Virus record (IMG/VR): IMGVR_UViG_3300048854_000056 | Coordinates: 11,959 to 75,958 of that record | Direction: 5' to 3' (one strand) | DNA length: 64,000 bases | DNA from: a virus | Shown: positions 39,260 to 48,868 of the stretch, piece by piece | How positions within the stretch are numbered: the first letter of the stretch is position 1 | How the letters are laid out: every line of letters starts with the position of its first letter | Notes under the pieces: generated by a model | What the model was told of the DNA's origin: nothing | What the model saw: the letters and a program-made list of their open reading frames with translations, nothing else | The model's database searches: none | Translations under genes and position numbers: made by a program

Positions 39260-40996
39260 TTATTTTTTAGCTTCTTTAGTTGAAGCCGCGTGGATAGTGG
39301 CACTCGTAGCTGAGGGCCGCTGCGGTGTGGACGGTGCGGTAGGAGTGTCCTTACCCTTTACCGGACCTGTGGTAGGTTCTCCGGTGATGGGGTCTAGTCC
39401 GAAGGTGGCAGCAGCTTCTGGAGAAGAGGTGCTTCTCCCGATGAAGGCCAACTTCTGAGTGTCAAACCACTCGTCCCAGTTGATGTCGTCGATCTCTTTT
39501 TCCACCTTCTTCAGATCATCTGGAGAAAGCTTTCCGTCGAACTCCGACACCATACGCTTCAACTGTGTGGAAGCGAATGTCTTAGATTGGATCTGAAGAT
39601 CCTTGAACATGGTCGCCATCTGTGAAAGGGCGTCGGCCAAGTTAGTTACTTCGTAGTGATCCTTGTACTTGATGGAGCCGTCCCAGGTATCTCTACCTGC
39701 GTACTTCATCGTCAACTTCATGAGCCTGTTTTCCAAGCCTTCCAACATGTCCGCGCGTGTGGCGATCTTAGGGACCGTCTTCTGGAATGACTGCGACTTA
39801 GAAAAGCCGCTTGACTTCCCACCGTTGAACATATCGCTCTGTGCGTCTTGGGAAGCTATGCGGAACATAGACTCGATCCTGCTCTCTCGTTCCCTAGCTA
39901 GGAATTCCGCAGGCTGTACAGGAGGAGACACATAAGCAGGTACGTGAGAACCTTTGGGGTACTTCAGCAGGTTAGCTGTGCCTATGTCGCCGTCTAGCTG
40001 TTCCGACTCCTCAATATTGTCGTCCTTCTCCATGGCCAGAACATTGAAGCACTGGCGGTAGAGGAACTCTTGTAGGAGTGAGGTGAGATTCATAATTTCG
40101 CGTGCAATGAAGGACAGGTCTCGGAGGAACGATTCCCCCATGTAGTCTTCGATCTTGCTGCGCTTGAACCGGACTACCTCGAAGGGAACCGATCCTACCT
40201 CGTTGACACTAAGTGCTGCACCTTGAAACACCGGCTTACTAGCGTCGGTGACGTCGATGGTGGATATCTTGATCTCGTCAGGTGTCCACTCGGTGTACTT
40301 CTCAACCACAATCATTTTCATTGTGGAACGTTCCACCGTGGTGGTCTTCTGTATACGCTTGATGTATGTGTAACGGTCGAAGTCGTCAACTACCCAGTCG
40401 AGAACTTCATCTGCTCTTACGCTCACCCAATAGGGACGGAGTTTCAGTTCCTTTTCATCGGCCTTGGTAACAACTGGTTTATCTGGTTTCGGTGGGCTGT
40501 CAACTAGTACATAGGCTAGTCCGAAAATCTGCATGTCGTCGCAGATGTTGGACATGAATGAAGAAACGGAGTCTCCCTTCTTGTTCACATCCTTGACGAA
40601 TTCGTTGTACCAGTCCTTATTGCTTCCGCCGTCCCTGTGGATAGTCTCGGAAAAGATGAATGTAGTGAAAAAGTCTACGATAGGGAAGATGAAGTTCTGG
40701 TAGTAAACCCTCTTACCGCGATCCTCAAAGTCCTGAGACTGTTCTCTTACGTGCTTGAACAGGTTGTCCTGGTTGGCGAATGAGCGTCCCCCCTCGTAAG
40801 AGGCTAGGTAGAAGTCCCACAATTGCTTGTACCGGTTGTAAATCGGGTGGGTACTTCGCAACCTTTCGATCTCGGCCTTGTGCTTCTCTTCCTCAGTGAC
40901 GCCGCCAGCCCCAACGTTTGATACAGCCATCGACACTTTGCTACTAACATGTGACGCAAGGCCGCTCTTGATTCCGGTTTCCTGATATGGCGGCAT
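39260..40996 (-). CDS. Portal protein
   Basis: 578 aa, after terminase; YLASYEGG, FGLAYVLVDSP. Confidence 0.82.
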   Translation of the reverse strand: MPPYQETGIKSGLASHVSSKVSMAVSNVGAGGVTEEEKHKAEIERLRSTHPIYNRYKQLWDFYLASYEGGRSFANQDNLFKHVREQSQDFEDRGKRVYYQNFIFPIVDFFTTFIFSETIHRDGGSNKDWYNEFVKDVNKKGDSVSSFMSNICDDMQIFGLAYVLVDSPPKPDKPVVTKADEKELKLRPYWVSVRADEVLDWVVDDFDRYTYIKRIQKTTTVERSTMKMIVVEKYTEWTPDEIKISTIDVTDASKPVFQGAALSVNEVGSVPFEVVRFKRSKIEDYMGESFLRDLSFIAREIMNLTSLLQEFLYRQCFNVLAMEKDDNIEESEQLDGDIGTANLLKYPKGSHVPAYVSPPVQPAEFLARERESRIESMFRIASQDAQSDMFNGGKSSGFSKSQSFQKTVPKIATRADMLEGLENRLMKLTMKYAGRDTWDGSIKYKDHYEVTNLADALSQMATMFKDLQIQSKTFASTQLKRMVSEFDGKLSPDDLKKVEKEIDDINWDEWFDTQKLAFIGRSTSSPEAAATFGLDPITGEPTTGPVKGKDTPTAPSTPQRPSATSATIHAASTKEAKK

Positions 40997-41006
40997 GTTT
41001 GGTTTC

Positions 41007-42005
41007 CTAGATTCTTATGTTGTTTTCAGAGAAGTGCGCTAGGCACTGCTCAAAGTCCCGCACACTGTGCAGGTTGATCCAATCAGCACGTTGCTTGCTG
41101 CGGTTGTAGGCTGTCTCAACCAAGTCAATGATTGGCTTGGGTTCCCGGCATTCCTGTGTAAGCACCCGCGTTGAGGATCGGAATGAATCACTAACGTCGT
41201 ACAGCCATTTCTCCCCACCGATCATGTGAGCGGCCATGAGAAGGTTGGTTATGTAGTCGTCGGTATAGTGCCTGTTGTAGCTTCGCTTTCCTGCCCAATG
41301 GCGGTGAACCATGAGCGGGTCGATCCACACAGGGATTCCCAGTCTCCAACACTTCAGGTCGAAGTAGGGCTCCTCACCGGCATAGCCTTCAAAGCCCATC
41401 CAGTAACCGTCAACCTTGTCCCACACTTCGCGGGTCACGGCGAACCCACCGTGGCCGGCTACGCCAACCTGGTAGGGATCTGTGCTACTGACCGCGTCCT
41501 CTCGACACTTGTCTACCCAGAAGTGGCGCTTGAATGCCATGTGGTATTCGTAGAAAATGTCGTCTCCGGTCCAGAACTTAGTCGTGGAGTGGAGGACCCC
41601 GATGTTGTGTTTCTTCATCGACTCAACTGCGCGGGTGAAGTATGAATGTTCTACGAGACAGTGGTTATCTAGGAAGAACAGGTACTTTCCGTTTGCCGAC
41701 CATGTTCCTATCTGTCGGGCGCTTGGGGGTGAAAGGTTCTCAGGTACGTGGACAAAGTCCTGTAGGAGTCCGGCTTTAGTTAGCCAGTGCTTCTGTGCTT
41801 GTAGGTCAAGGGAAAGTTCCTTCTCCCCGTTTACGACCACAACGAACTCATAGGTCAGGCCGCTGTGTTGCAGGGCCATCTGGCAGCTCTCAATGGTCAG
41901 CCACAAACCCATCTCAGGTCCACGGTGGGCGATGACGACGCTAACATCTACGTCGTCTCGCCTTAGTGGTTTATCTCTAACTGTCAGTGTGATTCCTAAG
42001 TCCAT
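41007..42005 (-). CDS. Family 2 glycosyltransferase (GT-A fold)
   Basis: VSVVIAHR, EFVVVVNG, GKYLFFLDNHC, GGFAV, GYAGEE; likely ATG 42005. Confidence 0.8.
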   Translation of the reverse strand: MDLGITLTVRDKPLRRDDVDVSVVIAHRGPEMGLWLTIESCQMALQHSGLTYEFVVVVNGEKELSLDLQAQKHWLTKAGLLQDFVHVPENLSPPSARQIGTWSANGKYLFFLDNHCLVEHSYFTRAVESMKKHNIGVLHSTTKFWTGDDIFYEYHMAFKRHFWVDKCREDAVSSTDPYQVGVAGHGGFAVTREVWDKVDGYWMGFEGYAGEEPYFDLKCWRLGIPVWIDPLMVHRHWAGKRSYNRHYTDDYITNLLMAAHMIGGEKWLYDVSDSFRSSTRVLTQECREPKPIIDLVETAYNRSKQRADWINLHSVRDFEQCLAHFSENNIRI

Positions 42006-42025
42006 AAATGCTTTCTTGGAGAGTC

Positions 42026-43465
42026 TTAGAGTCCCCGTACCTGACGGGCTCTGTAGATGAGAGGGGCTTGAGACATCCCCCAATTGGCCAAGCACATTGC
42101 CATTACGGTATCGTCGTGCTGCCCTGAGGGGGAGCTGTAGGAAATGTTCCCGTTGGAGTTGATCTTGTACTCGTAGTTTTCAAGTTCTCTAACAACAACG
42201 GGGAGTTTAGGAAACGATATGTGGCCAAACTCAAGGGATACTCTTAGCTTTTCTACAACCTCTTGCTTAGAGCGTGATGTGAAGATGAAGGGCTCTACGT
42301 TTACCCCTGCGTTCTTGATGTCCTGGCAAATAGGATCACCAAGTCCGGTAGAGTCGATTACTACCCGTGCCTTATACCGCTTAGCGACTTGGACGATGCG
42401 TGCCTTCTGAATGGACCATTCAAGAGCGTTGAAGCGGTCATAGTAGACAAGGTGCTTGCGCTTGGTGTCGAACACCATGATGACGCTGTAGTCACGCTTA
42501 CGGGCCAAGTCAACACCCATGACGTAACGGTGTCCCTCAATAGGGTTCTCCCAAAGAGGCTTCCCTTGAGCGTCTACAAGGCCGTCCTTTATGCAGTTAC
42601 GAACACCACGGAATACTCCGGCCGACTCTAAGAGGAATCGGGCGGCAATCTCCTGCTCGAACACGTCCGAAGGCATGTTCTTTTTGAGCGTCATGATTCG
42701 CGCTGCTTTGACAGTGGGGTTTGCCCACGTCGGCATACGAATACTCAACCACTCTGGGTAGTCGTCTTCAGTTCCTTCTAGAAGGTGTGACTTCTCTCCC
42801 TTTTGGTATTCATCGAAAAACCAACCTCTTCCTTTTGGTGTCGAGATGATAATCCCGCGACCATCAGTCTGGGTGGTCGTTGTCATCACAGAGTCGTAAG
42901 CAGCGCGTGAGATACGTGCAGCCTCGTCTAGGACGAAGAAGTTTACGGCGAATCCTCTAAGGTTGTCGTCGTTGTCGGCAGACTTGAACTCGATGTCGCT
43001 GTAGTGATTACCATCCGGGTCCAGGACCTCAATCCTTAGGTCCGACGGTCGGGGGTTATACATCGACTTCGGCAGAAGTCGCTTCACCAGGCGAAACGCG
43101 ATCTCTGCCTGTTTGTAGGATGGCGCGACCCACCAGTTTAGTGAGCCGGGGTTGTCCCACGCTTCCTTTGCCACTCGGATAGAGCAGCCGTATGTTTTTC
43201 CAAACTTTGACCCGCACGCACCAGCGATGAACCGGAGGTCGGGGTAATACCGGGGAAGGTCTGCGAAACCCGGATAATCTTCGTGGTAGATGGCACCCAG
43301 TTCAGGGTGCTCAGGATCTTTCCGCGCGTCGAATGCGTTGATAAGCTCGGCTTGTTTTGGGTGAGAAGGAGGGAGGATTAGCTCCACTTCCTTCTTTTGC
43401 TCCGCTCGTCCTAGGATTTCGCTAGGACGGTTGACCTCAAACCGAGGAACCTGGTTACGGCTCAC
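42026..43465 (-). CDS. terL: Terminase large subunit
   Basis: GSKFGKT, FFVLDEAA, ISTPKG, VMGVDLA, HDDTVMA. Confidence 0.92.
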   Translation of the reverse strand: MSRNQVPRFEVNRPSEILGRAEQKKEVELILPPSHPKQAELINAFDARKDPEHPELGAIYHEDYPGFADLPRYYPDLRFIAGACGSKFGKTYGCSIRVAKEAWDNPGSLNWWVAPSYKQAEIAFRLVKRLLPKSMYNPRPSDLRIEVLDPDGNHYSDIEFKSADNDDNLRGFAVNFFVLDEAARISRAAYDSVMTTTTQTDGRGIIISTPKGRGWFFDEYQKGEKSHLLEGTEDDYPEWLSIRMPTWANPTVKAARIMTLKKNMPSDVFEQEIAARFLLESAGVFRGVRNCIKDGLVDAQGKPLWENPIEGHRYVMGVDLARKRDYSVIMVFDTKRKHLVYYDRFNALEWSIQKARIVQVAKRYKARVVIDSTGLGDPICQDIKNAGVNVEPFIFTSRSKQEVVEKLRVSLEFGHISFPKLPVVVRELENYEYKINSNGNISYSSPSGQHDDTVMAMCLANWGMSQAPLIYRARQVRGL

Positions 43466-44120
43466 GCTCGTAATCTTCTTCGCCGGAGTTGTCAGCCATA
43501 TATCTGGGAGTCTCTCCGTACTCGTCTTCTAGAGCCCTACGAAGTGCGTCATCTTCAGGGTCGGAGGCTGCGAGCGCAAGCGGCACCTTACCTTCAATGG
43601 TCTTGAACTTCTTAGTGGGGTCCAGAGGCTCCGTAGAAACAGAGCCATCCTTGGACACGGTGGACTTGAAGATAAACTTTGTCTGCTGCATGGTCCCGAT
43701 GTTCTTTGGGTAGTGACCAAGACTTTGCAGGGCCTCAACAATCTTGAGCTGGTAGTCCACCAGTGCTTTTTGATAGTCGAGATAAACTTTGGTGCCTGGG
43801 GGACAAAGCTTTTTGTCACTCAGTACTTTTTGAATGTCAGAGATGAACCGTTCATAGGTGCGCCGGATGTCACCGATGACAAGTCCAACGTCTTCCTTGG
43901 ATATGTCTTCCGCCATCCGCTTACGGACGATGTCTTTGTCCTTGCGAATCATCCCCTCACTGAGGTTGAAGAGACGAGCCATATCAGCATTTGTCATGCT
44001 GGGCTCGGTGGCCATCAGAAATGAAATAACATCACGACGTTGGTCGGTGTCTAATTTCTCTCCCTTTTTGACCTTGTCGTACAGCTCTTCAGTTTTTGTT
44101 AGGACGATCTCTTCTGACAT
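43455..44120 (-). CDS. terS: Terminase small subunit (putative)
   Basis: HTH MTNADMARLFNLSEGMIRKD; overlaps terL start. Confidence 0.65.
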   Translation of the reverse strand: MSEEIVLTKTEELYDKVKKGEKLDTDQRRDVISFLMATEPSMTNADMARLFNLSEGMIRKDKDIVRKRMAEDISKEDVGLVIGDIRRTYERFISDIQKVLSDKKLCPPGTKVYLDYQKALVDYQLKIVEALQSLGHYPKNIGTMQQTKFIFKSTVSKDGSVSTEPLDPTKKFKTIEGKVPLALAASDPEDDALRRALEDEYGETPRYMADNSGEEDYEREP

Positions 44121-44224
44121 AGTTCCTACAGTGTGGTAAATGAGCGTGATTTACTCCCCATCGCGCTGTTCTGCCTCTTTCATTGAGGGGTTGGGGACGT
44201 TAGTTTAGACAGTAAGCACGCTTG

Positions 44225-44494
44225 TCACTTTGTATCGTCTACATCACTCTTGGGACGCTTGATGTAATCTGTGGCCGCAGATGCTAGGCGATTTACTCCG
44301 TAAAGAGAAAGTGAGGTGTAGGAAATGAACCCAGCTAGAAGGCTTAGGTCAGGTAGAGCTTTATTGGAGACGACCAGGTAAGAACCCCACCCCAGTGATG
44401 CCGAGACTACGGCGGTTACTAGGAGACGGGAGGAACTAGCAGTGCCGTCGGAATCCCGGAGGACGGTTCTCCAGAATGGTTTGTCGAAGTTCAT
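44225..44494 (-). CDS. Putative holin
   Basis: 89 aa, two TM helices, charged C-terminus. Confidence 0.5.
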   Translation of the reverse strand: MNFDKPFWRTVLRDSDGTASSSRLLVTAVVSASLGWGSYLVVSNKALPDLSLLAGFISYTSLSLYGVNRLASAATDYIKRPKSDVDDTK

Positions 44495-44545
44495 AGGGAT
44501 TCCTTAGAAGTGTTGCGGCCCCTGTGGTAGCAGGCCGCTAGGTGT

Positions 44546-46402
44546 TTACATAATCCAGTGACAACCAGAGGTTGACCTAGGGTTGGCCACATCTGTCAAA
44601 CGCACCGTAGAGTTAGCAGGTATAGTTATGGCTGTAGTAAGACCGTTGATCGGTTGCGATGCTCCTCCCGCTACCGTTACGGCTTGCGCAGCTTGGGGGT
44701 TCGCAATGACATAGGTTGCCCCTGTAGGACCGGTGCAGTCAGGCATAACCAGCGCAACTGCACCAGAGAGTGTACCGATGCTTACTGCGGAGTCTGCACT
44801 CGTCAATGTCGCACTCGCTGTAATTACGTGAGGACTAGACTCGCTGTACTGGCTGTAGTAGTAGTTGAGCGTGTTGCTGGCAATCGCCGCCTTTCTCGCT
44901 TCTCCGGTAGCCGTATTGTGAGTACCGTCTGCAAGGAAGTAGGTGGTGTTTGCGTATGCTCCATCCGCGCCGAGATTTGGATCGGCTCCCCAGTCAATGA
45001 GACCTTTATACCCCAGGCTCTTCCACTGCGCAGCCAGGAGAGCGTCGTAGGAGTTTTTCTGTGCGTCGTTGGTGGGTGTTCCAGCAACGTTGCTGTTTCC
45101 TACTCTGCTTAGGATAGTAGTGACAAACGGTGTGCATCCAGCGGCCTGCAACGACTGCGCCAATGATGCTGCCGTCTTTACAACGTTAGAGGCGGTGTAG
45201 GTCTGTAGGTCGTTTGTAGCTCCCGCATTTATTGCCACAGACGGTCCGTTATTGGTTTTGCAGTATGGCGAAACCCGCCAGGGTTCCGATGTCTGCATAG
45301 CCTGCATGAGCGCACTATACACACCCCAGTTAGTGATGGTGTAGGTAGGTTGGTTGGTCAGGATCAACTGCGAAGCCCAAGAATAAGAGGTATTGCAGGT
45401 TGTGCCATTCCACGAGCAGGACAGGGAATCGCCAACAATATGGAGTTGTGGTGTTATCTGTAAATACTGCTGCGGTAACAGAGACACCCCACGCGCCAGT
45501 GCCTGAGACAACATGACGTTCGCATCAGAAGCTACCTGACCGCTCGTCAACTGACTAGACAAAAAGCGGAGACGGTAGACTGTGCCTATGAAACCGGACG
45601 ATCCATAAGGTGATACTGCGCTATTACCAAAGAACAAATTACCACTAGTTTGCTTACCGGCACTAGAACCCTGCTGTGTATACGCAACCTCGGTTCCATC
45701 TATGTACAGGTGATCGAGGACACCACCCCCTGTACCAAGTGTGTAGGTGTACATGTGGCAACCAGCTACTGTTTGCGTCGTGAGGTCTTGGTTTCCACCG
45801 CCTGCTGCGATACCGATTTGGTAAACACCATTACCCGCCCCAGCATAGAGTAGGTTCAGTCCGGTCATCCCGAGTGAACTACCAATGAACATGGGGTATT
45901 GGTTCGTCTTGAAAATACCACCAGTAGCCGGCATAGAATCAGGGCACGCCTGAATCTCTACGGTACGTGCAGTGTTCACAGCAGCGGGCAATGTCACGCT
46001 CTGTGTATTTGTAGAGAGCTGTAGGCCGTTCTGGACCCACGTTGGAAGATGTGAAGCAGTAAGAGTAGCGTCATTACCGTTTCCACTAGAGTCGGATACC
46101 GTAGTGCCCGCTCCGTCCAGGAATTTATAGTCAGCCAATAGTCCCGTAGAAGCTATATTACTAGTGCTTCCTTGCTGCCTCATGTGGCCACTTACACACT
46201 TCCAGACATTTGCACCTAGGGTGGCGTCATTCTGTGTGTAGGACTTTAGCCCAGTACATACGTCAGATGGAGCACCATTACCAGATGTCTCCGACACAAC
46301 GTTGCCATTGCCGTAGTTCACAGTTCTGGCGGATATGTCCTGCGCGAGAGCCGGTGTTGCTAAGGCGAGTGCAGCAACCAGGGCTCTAAGAAACTTAGTC
46401 AT
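44546..46402 (-). CDS. Signal-peptide protein with LamG/ConA-like domain and SGNH hydrolase domain
   Basis: MTKFLRALVAALALATPALA|QD; DSSGNGNDATL and HLYIDGTEV (LamG); IVGDSLS, GATND, DGTHN (SGNH). Confidence 0.78.
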   Translation of the reverse strand: MTKFLRALVAALALATPALAQDISARTVNYGNGNVVSETSGNGAPSDVCTGLKSYTQNDATLGANVWKCVSGHMRQQGSTSNIASTGLLADYKFLDGAGTTVSDSSGNGNDATLTASHLPTWVQNGLQLSTNTQSVTLPAAVNTARTVEIQACPDSMPATGGIFKTNQYPMFIGSSLGMTGLNLLYAGAGNGVYQIGIAAGGGNQDLTTQTVAGCHMYTYTLGTGGGVLDHLYIDGTEVAYTQQGSSAGKQTSGNLFFGNSAVSPYGSSGFIGTVYRLRFLSSQLTSGQVASDANVMLSQALARGVSLLPQQYLQITPQLHIVGDSLSCSWNGTTCNTSYSWASQLILTNQPTYTITNWGVYSALMQAMQTSEPWRVSPYCKTNNGPSVAINAGATNDLQTYTASNVVKTAASLAQSLQAAGCTPFVTTILSRVGNSNVAGTPTNDAQKNSYDALLAAQWKSLGYKGLIDWGADPNLGADGAYANTTYFLADGTHNTATGEARKAAIASNTLNYYYSQYSESSPHVITASATLTSADSAVSIGTLSGAVALVMPDCTGPTGATYVIANPQAAQAVTVAGGASQPINGLTTAITIPANSTVRLTDVANPRSTSGCHWIM

Positions 46403-46404
46403 GA

Positions 46405-46860
46405 TTACTTAGCTCCTGTGACTAAAGGTCCGCTCGCATAGGCTTTGCCTAGAGCGGAGTGATAGATGAACTTCTGAATCGAGATGGTGTTCGCGCCGAG
46501 GTTTCCGGAAGTGGACGAGAGGTCTCCAGCGCCTTGGAACAGGGAGGGCCAGTTGAAGGCACAGTTTCCACCAGCAGGCTGCTCGATGATGACAGTGAGT
46601 TCACCGTCTGCTAGCCCGGCCGCGTTCTGCACAGTACAAGACGTAGCTGTTACCGTGAGGGGTATGCGAACTATTCTGCCATTGCTGAGATCTACTACGG
46701 GTACCGCTGGGGTCGTCATGGTGGCGGTGTTGAGCTTATTGAAGGTGGCTACCGATGCGTGAGCAGTGTCTACAGCCGTGAGGTTGGAGTTCATCCCAGA
46801 ATCCCAATCCTCAGTACCAGCAGCGAACAACATAAGTGAAAGATTGGGTGTAGTGCTCAT
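46405..46860 (-). CDS. Hypothetical virion-associated-like protein
   Basis: MSTTPNLSL...WD..MNSNL N-terminus and IEQPAGGNCAFNWP, resembling phage fiber domains. Confidence 0.5.
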   Translation of the reverse strand: MSTTPNLSLMLFAAGTEDWDSGMNSNLTAVDTAHASVATFNKLNTATMTTPAVPVVDLSNGRIVRIPLTVTATSCTVQNAAGLADGELTVIIEQPAGGNCAFNWPSLFQGAGDLSSTSGNLGANTISIQKFIYHSALGKAYASGPLVTGAK

Positions 46861-46872
46861 TGGTGTCTTTCC

Positions 46873-47028
46873 TTACTTTCCATTGGGGGACACAACCACG
46901 TTAGGAAACATCGTTCCCAACTTAGTGCCGGAGTTGATTGCGGGGGTTGGTGTAGGCGTCGAACCCACCTCAGAACCAGGGATCTTACCATTTCTTCCCT
47001 TACCGGGAAGGAAGTTGCTACCACTCAT
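46873..47028 (-). CDS. Small hypothetical protein
   Basis: 51 aa, AAGGA RBS; first gene of late string. Confidence 0.4.
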   Translation of the reverse strand: MSGSNFLPGKGRNGKIPGSEVGSTPTPTPAINSGTKLGTMFPNVVVSPNGK

Positions 47029-47062
47029 GACTTTGTTTTCCTTTGTGTGTTATTGAGGCAGC

Positions 47063-47085
47063 AAAAAGGGACCCCGTAGGGTCCC
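47063..47085 (-). terminator. Intrinsic terminator
   Basis: GGGACCC/GGGTCCC stem plus T5 on - strand. Confidence 0.65.
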
Positions 47086-47430
47086 ATGCTGTCACCGGGT
47101 TCCTCCGGCGTGGGCAAGCAAGCGGCATTATCGACAACCGCGCTCGTTTTGAAGTGTGGGGCCGTAGTAGGCCCCGTTCTGTACGCTTGTTTGTTTGGCG
47201 TGTCAGATAACCCTAGTGAAAGCACTTAGGGACATGATCTCTTTTGGCCGGAGACTTACGGCACCAACCTAGCGCACAGTGTGCGTTTAGGTAAGGTAAA
47301 ACTTGCGGGGTCCTTTCGGAACCCCTTTAGCCGTTCTCCTGTACTAGTAACAGGCGGCGTAGCAAGGCGCTCAACCCTTCTGTGCGCGTGGGCACTTCAG
47401 GAGGGGAGGGGAGCGCGATGTCGAGACAAT
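47086..47430 (-). ncRNA. Candidate structured non-coding RNA or late-operon leader
   Basis: No convincing ORF; several hairpins including GGGGTTCC-GAAA-GGACCCC; bracketed by two terminators. Confidence 0.3.
47273..47285. promoter_or_regulatory. 13-bp palindrome CGCACAGTGTGCG
   Basis: Exact copy upstream of late operon. Confidence 0.7.
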
Positions 47431-47454
47431 AAAAAAGAGGGCTCAATAGCCCTC
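47431..47454 (-). terminator. Intrinsic terminator
   Basis: GAGGGC/GCCCTC stem plus T6. Confidence 0.7.
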
Positions 47455-47593
47455 ACTGATGCTTCTCTCTCAATCTCACTTACTATTCTAGTATATCACT
47501 AGAAATTGACTAGTTTGGACTGACCTATGCATAAGTGCCTCATTCTAAATGATGAGAAAGTTTTCCCGTGCATAATATAAGGATTAGTGACGA

Positions 47594-47851
47594 CTAGGCA
47601 GCCAATTTTGCTAGGTACTTTTTATTCCTGCAAGAGTTGCACGGCATGATCTCGCCTGTTCTTTTGGAAACCCTTGCTACGTTCTTCCTGCATATCCTGC
47701 ATCTAACCCCCTTGTTCAACACCTTGTTGATGTCTGTCAACTCCCCTGCGTCCGAACTAATCAACCTCCATGACTTAGGGTGCCGCCTCTTGTCCGCCCA
47801 CCTCTCGCGCATCTCTTCTTGCCGTGATGCAAGGTCATTATCAATTCCCAT
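47594..47851 (-). CDS. Small Cys-containing hypothetical protein
   Basis: CRIC...CNSC; ATG 6 nt after a TATAAT box. Confidence 0.5.
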   Translation of the reverse strand: MGIDNDLASRQEEMRERWADKRRHPKSWRLISSDAGELTDINKVLNKGVRCRICRKNVARVSKRTGEIMPCNSCRNKKYLAKLAA

Positions 47852-48006
47852 GTGTATATTATACACCAAACAAAAAAGGGAGTATAGCAACCGTTTAGCG
47901 GAGGGCGTAAATACATCAAAAGTGGGATAAATGAAATGTAATCAACTGGTGAAAGCCGTGCTAACCTCAGTTTCATAAAACGCAGCAAACAAAAAGGCCA
48001 ATCCAC

Positions 48007-48285
48007 ATGAACGTAGAAGAAAAACAATCCGACAGCACATCTGAAGTAATCTCTTTTACCCAACCTATTGCCACTGATCTGCACATATGTTCAGGGCAAT
48101 GTGGTAAAACCTTACTCCCTACGGACCTGTTCTCAACCTGTGCATTTTGCGACGCACCATGCTGTACTAAATGCATACCAGCTTGCCCCTGCCACATTGA
48201 GATTGATCTATTTGAAGCAAGTTTGACGGGGCCGCCTGGTTCTGACCCCGTCGTCCGCCTTGATGTTCCCAGTTACGAGATGTAG
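48007..48285 (+). CDS. Cys-rich hypothetical protein
   Basis: CSGQC, CAFC, CTKC, CPC. Confidence 0.45.
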   Translation: MNVEEKQSDSTSEVISFTQPIATDLHICSGQCGKTLLPTDLFSTCAFCDAPCCTKCIPACPCHIEIDLFEASLTGPPGSDPVVRLDVPSYEM

Positions 48286-48536
48286 CTATTGCGTGCCGGC
48301 CTGCCTACTTTCTTTAGGGTAACCGGTGGCAACTCATTCTCATCTACCCCTAAAGCAGAAGCAATCCTAGTCAGTACCGACTGATCCGGGACCCTGCGCC
48401 CCGACAAGTAGTGGTACACCGCTGCTCTGCTAATCAAAGCTCTTTGGTAAAACTCCCCTACAGATAACCTCTTCTCGTCTAGTGTGGTCTGAAGCCACTC
48501 CCCGAAGGGGTTATCTGCTTCTATTCTTTCTGTCAT
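48273..48536 (-). CDS. XRE-family HTH regulator
   Basis: LSVGEFYQRALISRAAVYHYLSGRRVP. Confidence 0.8.
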   Translation of the reverse strand: MTERIEADNPFGEWLQTTLDEKRLSVGEFYQRALISRAAVYHYLSGRRVPDQSVLTRIASALGVDENELPPVTLKKVGRPARNSYIS

Positions 48537-48559
48537 TCCGTTTCCTTGTGTTTGTTGGA

Positions 48560-48868
48560 TTATGCTCGGCGGGTGGTCACCGATCTTGTTGTAGCTGCTT
48601 CACCTTTAGGTCTTCCTGGTTGTCGAGGGGTAAACTTGGAGAGCCCTTCCATGTAGAGGTTGTTGTAGTCTTTCCCCAGCTCGTCGGCCAAGATCCTGAC
48701 TACTTTGGCAAAGGCGTCCCCTTCTGGCCGGTACCTATCGTTCATCCAGTAGTAGAGGGTACTTCGGGTCAACCCCGCCCTATTTGCCACCCTGTACACA
48801 GGTAACCCACTGTCTTTCAGTAGTTTAGATAGCCACGGTTTGAGGTGGTTATAGTCGCTTTTCGCCAT
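48560..48868 (-). CDS. XRE-family HTH regulator
   Basis: VYRVANRAGLTRSTLYYWMNDRYRP. Confidence 0.8.
   Translation of the reverse strand: MAKSDYNHLKPWLSKLLKDSGLPVYRVANRAGLTRSTLYYWMNDRYRPEGDAFAKVVRILADELGKDYNNLYMEGLSKFTPRQPGRPKGEAATTRSVTTRRA

Noticed and set aside
47086-47430. tmRNA, RNase P, group I intron or c-di-GMP-I riboswitch
   Set aside because: Only fragments resemble these (ACAGAAC, GGCTAAA..GAAA, CTCCGGCC); required pairings such as P4, P7 or the T-arm were not found.
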